Of a stretch of DNA of 64,000 nucleotides, positions 57,574 through 64,000 are shown piece after piece. The translations under genes and the position numbers were made by a program. The first letter of the stretch is position 1, and every line of letters starts with the position of its first letter. Source of the stretch: a virus (lineage: Duplodnaviria > Caudoviricetes); IMG/VR virus record IMGVR_UViG_3300046543_000437, positions 258-64,257 of that record. One strand, written 5' to 3'. Below the pieces are notes generated by a model. The model was not told where the DNA came from. It did no database searches and saw only the letters and a list, made by a program, of their open reading frames with translations.

Positions 57574-59496
57574 TTACGATGGCGACCAGTTGACGCCTGT
57601 CATAAATTGCACCATCTGCGGTCGCCGCATGGCCCAGGTGACATTCGCCAGCATGCGAATGGCGATCTGCGCGGTCTGGAACATCGACTGCACCGGGGCG
57701 GCCACGACCGGCGGCGTACCGGCAACGCCGATATTCGCCGGGGCGGTGTCCTCCATATGGAGGGTTGCCACCTCGCTGACCTCGAATTCCGGCGCACCGC
57801 TGACGCTCACAAAGTCCACCGCGTCAATCATGTACACCGAACCCGCCGGGACACTGGTCGATTCGATGACATCGAAGCGCCCGGTGAACTGGCTCGACCA
57901 TCCGAACGGCACGCCGGTCGGACCCGGAGCGAACATGAGCTGTTGGCCCTGTTGCGGGTTGAGCAACATGCTCAGCCTGCGACCGGCGTTCAACGCATAG
58001 AACGGCCCGGTGAGCGCCTGGATGTCGGCCAGGATCGCCAGATAGCCCTTCGCCGTCGAAGCGACGACCGGGGTCACGCCGTTGGTCAGGCCCGCAGGGC
58101 GGGTCGTCGACACCGGATTGCTGTCAAGGAGGAGCGCGTCGATATTGATCGACGTGTCGTCCGTGATCGCTTGCCGGATGATCCCCTCGATCGCGGGATT
58201 CGAGTACATCGCGATCTCTCGCGAGAACACCGAAAGCCCACCGACTTTGTGGGGATACAACGTGATGCTGGTCGTGCCGAGCCTGCGGACAGGAATAGGC
58301 GCACCCTCACCGACAAACGATCCGCCAATGCTCGGCGTGATCGTCCGCGACGGGATCTTGATCGCTCCGGCGTTGGCGCTGAACGTCAGTGCCGTACCGG
58401 CCGCGGCCAACCTCGGGAAGACGCTGACCGGGGTCAGAACCTGGAGGAAGTCGGCTTGTGCGAGAACGATCAGTTCCGCCGCCCAACCCGGCGTGAGGGT
58501 CGTGGCCCCGGCAACCGCGGCGCGGGTGACGATGGCAGTCGCCTCATGGTCTGGGTAGCGTTCAGCCAGAACCTCATCGAGGCTCCGATGCGTCACCTGG
58601 CTGACGAACTTGCAGACCATCGCCCTGGCGAGGAGATCACCGGGCGAAATGTCCTTCATCGGGATGCCGAGCGGTCGCCGGTTGCCGTTGACCGGCACCG
58701 GAAGCGCGACCTGTTGCTGGCCGCCCTGCTGTTCCGCCGTGCGGATCGCCAGCGCCTTTTCACTACGCTGTAGCGAGGCGAGCCGCTTTTCGTGTTCCTC
58801 GACCTCCTGTTGCAGGGTGTCCGCTTCCTCGGTGTCATGTTCGGGGTCGCGGACAAGTTCGATAAGCGCGTCACGGGCAGCCGTAAGCATCGACTGCCGG
58901 TCTTCAACCTGTTGTGAAATCGTGGTCACAGGAATCGTCCTTCTGTTGGACGATTGACGTTCGGCGTGCTTGCCGGTGAGCATGTCCCGTCGGCCCGTGT
59001 CGGCTTGCTTGCCAAAGACGAGGGACATGGTTTCTTGCGAAAGCTTCAGTGACTTTGCGACTTGCAGCGCCGCCGGGTTGGCCGGGATGCTGACGATGCT
59101 GGTTTCCAACAGCTCCTGTTTGAGGTAGCGCAGCCCGCCGTAAGGATCCTTGGGATCGAGCGGCTCGGTCTCGATGGATTGAAAGCCGACACTGGTCGCG
59201 CGCAGGATGTCCTGCTCGATCAGGTTGACGATTTCATCGATGCGTTGAGAGGTGCCGCGCGCCGCCGGGACGAACTCGCCAAGCAGCTTGCCATTCTCGA
59301 CCCGGACGTTGGCCCAGGTGCCGATCGGGAACGAGCCTTGATGGCCGAACAGCGCGATCGGATTGCGTTGGAAGTTCGCGAGTTGCCAGCCTGTCGGCTC
59401 GATGATGTCGCCGTAGCGATCAACCGTGGCGTCACTGAGGACATAGGTCATCGACCCGGCGACTTTGCCGGTCGCGATCTTGCGGATCATATCCAC
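57574..59496 (-). CDS. HK97-type prohead protease-major capsid fusion
   Basis: DRYGDII, NPIALFGH, SVGF, ELLETSIVSIPANP followed by a capsid domain (FVGEGAPIP, SMFQT...IRM). Confidence 0.95.
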   Translation of the reverse strand: MDMIRKIATGKVAGSMTYVLSDATVDRYGDIIEPTGWQLANFQRNPIALFGHQGSFPIGTWANVRVENGKLLGEFVPAARGTSQRIDEIVNLIEQDILRATSVGFQSIETEPLDPKDPYGGLRYLKQELLETSIVSIPANPAALQVAKSLKLSQETMSLVFGKQADTGRRDMLTGKHAERQSSNRRTIPVTTISQQVEDRQSMLTAARDALIELVRDPEHDTEEADTLQQEVEEHEKRLASLQRSEKALAIRTAEQQGGQQQVALPVPVNGNRRPLGIPMKDISPGDLLARAMVCKFVSQVTHRSLDEVLAERYPDHEATAIVTRAAVAGATTLTPGWAAELIVLAQADFLQVLTPVSVFPRLAAAGTALTFSANAGAIKIPSRTITPSIGGSFVGEGAPIPVRRLGTTSITLYPHKVGGLSVFSREIAMYSNPAIEGIIRQAITDDTSINIDALLLDSNPVSTTRPAGLTNGVTPVVASTAKGYLAILADIQALTGPFYALNAGRRLSMLLNPQQGQQLMFAPGPTGVPFGWSSQFTGRFDVIESTSVPAGSVYMIDAVDFVSVSGAPEFEVSEVATLHMEDTAPANIGVAGTPPVVAAPVQSMFQTAQIAIRMLANVTWAMRRPQMVQFMTGVNWSPS

Positions 59497-59773
59497 CGCA
59501 AAGCTCCATCTAAGGGAATGCGCGTCTCACGACGGGCTGGTCGAAATTAGAAAAGGCGGGTCGCGCTGCCCCATGAGACCGTGGAGAGGGAAGGACGCGG
59601 ACCCTCTCCCCGGACAGCATTTCAGCGCGACCCTTTTCGGCGCGAAGCCAAATTCAGTGGTCGTTAGCCCCGCGACTAAATTTAGAGGTTCCCGTAGCCC
59701 TAGGCCCGCCAAGAACGGGGTGGCGGGTCGTCCGTCGTCTCGTCGCCGGTTCTCTCAGGGGGGGATGAAAGCT

Positions 59774-60535
59774 TCAGGCTACGGGAAAACTCAGTCGGTC
59801 ATTCGCCGCGAAATCCTTGCGCCGACGCCAGCCCAAAATACCACCGAGGGCAACGAGGCTGCCGCCCATCAGGGCCAAGCTGCCGGGTTCCGGCACGGCG
59901 ATCTGGCTGGCGATCGGCACGATGTAGAAGCTCTCCGCGCCATCCGAGGCACCATCCCATGCAGCATGGAACAGGAGGTTGTCACCCGGCTGCACCCCGG
60001 CATCGAGAAGGTCGAAGCCCGAGATGAGGTAGTCGCCCATGCCGTTGCCGTTGCGGATGTCCGGCAGCGCCAGACTGCCGGTGAAATCGAAAATCACCCG
60101 CTGCCCCGCCGGGAGCGACAGGTCGATAAGTTGAAAAGCCGTCAATGTCTCGCCGTTGTGCGCGGTGTTGATGTCGATCGCGACCCCAAAATCAAACCGG
60201 GGATCGGTGCCCCCGGCATTGAGGAACGCCTCCAACAGCGTGCCGGGATACGCGAGCGCCCCAGCCTCGCCACCGACCAGCGGACCGCCGCCAAGGATGT
60301 TGGTCGAGAAGGTATCGAAGCTGGTATCGCTGCCGGTATTGGAGAAATTGTTGTAGCCGAAATTCGCAGGCTGACCCGGTGCAGTCGTGCCGCAAATGAT
60401 GCACGGGTTGCTGAGCGACTGAGGCACCGGACTGTTCAGCACGCCGATCGTCAGGTTGTTGAGCGCATCGGCTTGGGCCGGTCCGGTGAGAGCGGCACTG
60501 ACGAGCAGTGCGGCAGCGAGAAAAACAGCTTTCAT
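59774..60535 (-). CDS. PEP-CTERM sorting-domain protein
   Basis: Signal peptide (AQA) and C-terminal VPEPGSLALMGGSLVALGGILGWRRRK. Confidence 0.9.
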   Translation of the reverse strand: MKAVFLAAALLVSAALTGPAQADALNNLTIGVLNSPVPQSLSNPCIICGTTAPGQPANFGYNNFSNTGSDTSFDTFSTNILGGGPLVGGEAGALAYPGTLLEAFLNAGGTDPRFDFGVAIDINTAHNGETLTAFQLIDLSLPAGQRVIFDFTGSLALPDIRNGNGMGDYLISGFDLLDAGVQPGDNLLFHAAWDGASDGAESFYIVPIASQIAVPEPGSLALMGGSLVALGGILGWRRRKDFAANDRLSFPVA

Positions 60536-60750
60536 AGGGGATTCTCCTAACGTCAATTGGCCTTAATAACCCCAGCAAGGACACGTTTACGCACCGTTCC
60601 GCGCTTTGCCACCCCGCGTGCGGCCTGTCTAGTCGGCGCTCTGTAAAGCGTGACCTGAACCGCCGGATCTTTACGGCGCTCAGCCTTGGCATGCCTCATC
60701 TGGGATCGCTTCAACTGCTTTCCCGATTGCACCAGCGCCTTCTTCATAAT

Positions 60751-62268
60751 TCAGCCAATCAATGCGAAAGCGTCGAACGCCGGTTCGCTCAAAGGTGCGA
60801 CACCAACCGCCATGAGGAGGGCGACCATGCCGTCGATCCGCCCCGTCGATTTGTCCTTCGCCAGCTTGCGATTGCCCGCCGGGTCGGACTGCACCACCGC
60901 GTTCGCCGCGCACATCTTCAGGATCGGATGACCGCCGTGGGCGATCCGCCCGTTGAGGATCTCGGCCTCAAGGTCGCGCATCGCCGGACTCATGCTCTGA
61001 AAGCCCTGCCCGAATTCCACAAACGTATTGTCGATGAAGAGCTCGTCGAACCCGGCCCGCACCAGCCACGGCTTCAGGTGTTTGAAGCCCCAGCGGTCAA
61101 AGGCGATCTTCTGGATATCGTACAGGCTGAACTGCTCGCGCAGATAATGCGCGACGAACTCGTAATCGACCGATCTTCCCGGCGCCGCCTGGAGGTAGCC
61201 GTCGCGGTGCCAGAGGTCATACGGCACACGATCCTTGTGCGCCTTCTCGGCCAGACCGTCGCGCGGCAGCCAGAAAGTCGGATGAACGTGCCAGACCTCA
61301 TCGATCCGCCCGATCAAGACCAGCGCGGTCAGGTCGTTGACCGCCGACAAGTCCAGACCGCCGTAGACCGGCCCCTCCTCGATCGGCTGCGGCTCCGCAG
61401 AACAGGTCGCCCAGACCCCCTGCGAGATGAACGGCGATGACGCCTCGACCCGCTGGTTCAGAACATAGTTGCGAAACTCGGCCTCTCGGCTCGGCATCCG
61501 GCGGGCATCCTCGGCCATCGCCAGAACCTCGACCGAATTCTGGAACTCCCCATAGGCCGGGTTCGCCAGCTTGATCGTGTCCTCGTCGAACGGATCGTCA
61601 TCGAGCGGCGCGCTGTAGAGGCTCACCACGACCCGGTCATCGTGACCGGCGATCGCATCATCGATCAGAACCGACAGCAAGTCGGCATCGTGCGGAGCCT
61701 GGGTCGAGATGATGATGGTCAGCGGATCCGACTGACCCGCCGTCGCGGTCTCCATCGCCTCGTAAAGCTGCGACCTCGGCCCACGCACCTGGCCCAGTTC
61801 GTCATGGACGCAGAAGACCGGGCTCAAGCCAAACGCGGTGGTCGCTTCCGCCGACAGCGCGCGATACACGGTGCCCAACTCAGGGCAAGTCAACTCCTTG
61901 CGGGTTTCGTGCATCGTGATGTTGTCGTAGAGGTCCGGCGACTGCCGCACGATCTTGACCGCCAGGTCGAACAGGATCGCGGCCTGCTGCCGCGACTGCG
62001 CCGTACTGAAGAGTTGTGAATTCGGGCGAGCCTCTGGGCCGCACAGATGCAGGAGCAACAGGCAGGCGGCCAAGGCGGTCTTGCCGTTCTTGCGCCCGAA
62101 ACTGAGGATCGCGCGCCGCGTTCCCGCCGGATTGTCGTAAATCCGCCGGATGTTGTCCCTCTGCCAAGGCAGCAAGACGATCGATCGACCGCCGAACTGC
62201 CCCTCCGGAACGACGCAGAACTTCTGAATCCAGATGATGTTCTTTTCGGCCCGCGTCAGCTTTCCCAC
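60751..62268 (-). CDS. terL: Terminase large subunit (ORF open to 62439; GTG at 62268 is the likely start)
   Basis: LLPWQ, GRKNGKT, VHDELG, GGLDLS..DLTA, RIDGMVA. Confidence 0.95.
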   Translation of the reverse strand: MGKLTRAEKNIIWIQKFCVVPEGQFGGRSIVLLPWQRDNIRRIYDNPAGTRRAILSFGRKNGKTALAACLLLLHLCGPEARPNSQLFSTAQSRQQAAILFDLAVKIVRQSPDLYDNITMHETRKELTCPELGTVYRALSAEATTAFGLSPVFCVHDELGQVRGPRSQLYEAMETATAGQSDPLTIIISTQAPHDADLLSVLIDDAIAGHDDRVVVSLYSAPLDDDPFDEDTIKLANPAYGEFQNSVEVLAMAEDARRMPSREAEFRNYVLNQRVEASSPFISQGVWATCSAEPQPIEEGPVYGGLDLSAVNDLTALVLIGRIDEVWHVHPTFWLPRDGLAEKAHKDRVPYDLWHRDGYLQAAPGRSVDYEFVAHYLREQFSLYDIQKIAFDRWGFKHLKPWLVRAGFDELFIDNTFVEFGQGFQSMSPAMRDLEAEILNGRIAHGGHPILKMCAANAVVQSDPAGNRKLAKDKSTGRIDGMVALLMAVGVAPLSEPAFDAFALIG

Positions 62269-62681
62269 GGTTTCGTCTTCGGCACCTTCGCCGCCGCCCG
62301 TCCCGCCGCTTGAGGAACGTACCGGGCCTGATTGGTCAGCCGCAGCTTTGTCGCCAGCGTTGTTGCGCCGCGCACCTCGCGCTCCCGCATTACCAGGAGG
62401 ACGCGATACCGGGCCAGCTTTGCCGCCTGTTTTAGCCATGCCGGTTTAAACTGCATGATTTCGACATTGAGGATTTCCGATGCCTCGCGGAAGCGACAGT
62501 AATCCGCCAACAATGCCCGCAACGCACCCGAATTGAAGAACTTGGCGTCTTCGCTGGCAACCACTTCGCGCCAGATATCGGCCTGCCTCGGCGTCAGTCC
62601 CGGCGGCGGATCAGGCCGCTTGCCAAAGTCGCCCACGACGATCTGTGTCGTAGACGGCGAAACGATGCCTCGCGTCTTCAT
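62256..62681 (-). CDS. terS: Terminase small subunit
   Basis: PDPPPGL...IWREVV, LATKLRLTNQAR, KPWE. Confidence 0.88.
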   Translation of the reverse strand: MKTRGIVSPSTTQIVVGDFGKRPDPPPGLTPRQADIWREVVASEDAKFFNSGALRALLADYCRFREASEILNVEIMQFKPAWLKQAAKLARYRVLLVMREREVRGATTLATKLRLTNQARYVPQAAGRAAAKVPKTKPWES

Positions 62682-63052
62682 CGGCGGTTCCAGTGATGCT
62701 GCGGATCGAGCGGAGTACCGTCAGCCGTAAACCCAGAGAACCGCTCTTCGCGTGGGCTAGACCTGTCGAGCCGCCCCTTCTCGCGGTGAGCCTGGTTGTC
62801 GCACCGGGCGCAAAGCGTCCGCAGGTTCGCCAGAACGAGCGCCATGTGAGGATGGGTCTTGCGCGACAGGAGGTGATCGACCCGCGATTGGCCGGGACGG
62901 CTGACACTTTCACCGCACTTCACGCAGCGGAAGTGATCCCGCTGTAGCGCCTTGAGGCGCAGCTTCCGCCACGCCTGCGTTTTAAGAAACGGCACCGAGT
63001 GCGATGCGAACATTTGGATAGCGTCCGCAGGAATGGGGCAAATCGCCACCAT
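62678..63052 (-). CDS. Packaging-associated HNH endonuclease (HK97 gp74-like)
   Basis: WRKLR..ALQRD...CVKC..VDH...NLRTLCARC; PLDPQHHW; adjacent to terS. Confidence 0.88.
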   Translation of the reverse strand: MVAICPIPADAIQMFASHSVPFLKTQAWRKLRLKALQRDHFRCVKCGESVSRPGQSRVDHLLSRKTHPHMALVLANLRTLCARCDNQAHREKGRLDRSSPREERFSGFTADGTPLDPQHHWNRR

Positions 63053-63097
63053 CCCAAATATGGTACGAAATCCTCCTGCTCAACAATAGTCAGAGTG

Positions 63098-63664
63098 TCA
63101 AGCGAAAACGCCTGCCAGGGTCTCCAACCCCAGTTCCGCCGGAACCTGGCGATTGAACATCGTCAACAGTGTCTGCGCCCTGCCCCGGTCATCAATATCC
63201 TGCAATGTCGCCATGAAACTGGCAAACGGTCCTTCCGCCACCCGCATCGCATCACCCGGCTTCACCATCGCCTTACCGGCACGAAACACCGCCCGCGACA
63301 CGCCCCGGCTCAACGGGCGGTCATCGAACAGACCTGCCTCTGATTCCGCGCGGACCTCCTCGATCAGCCCCGGCTCGACAATAGCGGGCATATCGTGATC
63401 CCCCGCCTGACGAACCACATCGCACACTCCCGGCGTGTACAGGATGTCGATCCACGCCTGACCCGGATGCAGCTCGACAAACAGATAGCCGCGAAACAGC
63501 GGACGCATCACCATCTCGCCGTAGCTGTCCCGCTTGCCGCGCAGCAGCTTGCGATACACCGGCAAGCAAACCCGGTAACCCCGGCGCCGTAACGCACCCT
63601 GCGCCGCGAACTCAGCCATCGGCTTAGACACCACGACAGCCCAACCTTCGCCCGTTATGTCCAT
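63098..63664 (-). CDS. NusG/RfaH-family antiterminator (NGN+KOW)
   Basis: WAVV, PLFRGYLFV, TPGV, GD.MRVAEGPFASF, MFNRQVP. Confidence 0.9.
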   Translation of the reverse strand: MDITGEGWAVVVSKPMAEFAAQGALRRRGYRVCLPVYRKLLRGKRDSYGEMVMRPLFRGYLFVELHPGQAWIDILYTPGVCDVVRQAGDHDMPAIVEPGLIEEVRAESEAGLFDDRPLSRGVSRAVFRAGKAMVKPGDAMRVAEGPFASFMATLQDIDDRGRAQTLLTMFNRQVPAELGLETLAGVFA

Positions 63665-63836
63665 CCTCGCCCCCTCGACAAGTGGATCCGCGGTAATCGG
63701 AGATAATCAGCGATCATACGCCGTTCCGCTGAAGTTATCCGGAGGTCATTTGAGGTTATTGACGATTAAAACAGGTCAGAATCGACAGATAATGCCACCA
63801 GAATCAAAGAAAACAGCTAATTCCTACGATTTAGGC

Positions 63837-63877
63837 AAAAAAAAGGGGGTTGGCCCGATTTGGATTAAGCCAACCCC
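63837..63877 (-). terminator. Intrinsic terminator upstream of the NusG-like gene
   Basis: GGGGTTGGC-loop-GCCAACCCC followed by C and a T8 run on the minus strand. Confidence 0.75.
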
Positions 63878-64000
63878 TGAGTTGCTCTGAGGCGCGGGAA
63901 CGGATGCTTCCAGAGCCGCTCCTGCAACCGATAATACTGTAACATTTCTTGGCCGCCCCGCCAAATTAATCCGGGTTGTGACCAATTGAAAAAGGAGACG

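Larger units (their letters stand above)
1..64000. mobile_element. Temperate siphovirus-like phage genome (partial), HK97-type head, likely alphaproteobacterial host
   Basis: Terminases, portal, protease-capsid, tail tube, tape measure, integrase, repressor/Cro switch and recombination genes are all present; no host housekeeping region is visible. Confidence 0.95.

Noticed and set aside
53919-60550. Long plus-strand ORFs (53919-55505, 57418-58773, 59465-60550) and similar ones elsewhere (e.g. 19657-21009 minus, 40342-41613 plus)
   Set aside because: Antisense shadows of well-supported genes in high-GC DNA; no motifs.
62269-62439. N-terminal extension of the large terminase
   Set aside because: A low-complexity alternative-frame read of terS; the GTG at 62268 fits the family start better.

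Overview
The whole window is a GC-rich temperate long-tailed (siphovirus-like, HK97-type capsid) phage, probably of an Alphaproteobacterium. It appears to be in the excised state, because an attP-like 3' half of tRNA-Arg(TCT) lies directly after the integrase with phage genes on both sides. From left to right: a leftward early operon (Cro-like HTH, DnaN clamp, RusA, Sak4-like ATPase, DUF669 SSB, Cas4-like exonuclease, two HNHs); a CI-like repressor; xis/int/attP; about 11 kb of small accessory ORFs (SLOG, DHH, MT-A70); and a leftward late region (NusG-like antiterminator, HNH, terminases, PEP-CTERM moron, protease-capsid fusion, portal, neck, tail, 2658-aa tape measure, fibres, lysis). The standout feature is at the left edge. 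A stand-alone Cas7/RAMP-like gene (335-1252, minus) is followed by a non-coding array of ~59-nt units bounded by GGCGGT. Each unit is built from a 5-nt period of GGY-like triplets alternating with variable dinucleotides. This looks like a minimal, non-CRISPR RNA-guided system (VIPR-like), and the array runs off the window edge. All calls come from reading motifs by eye; no searches were run.
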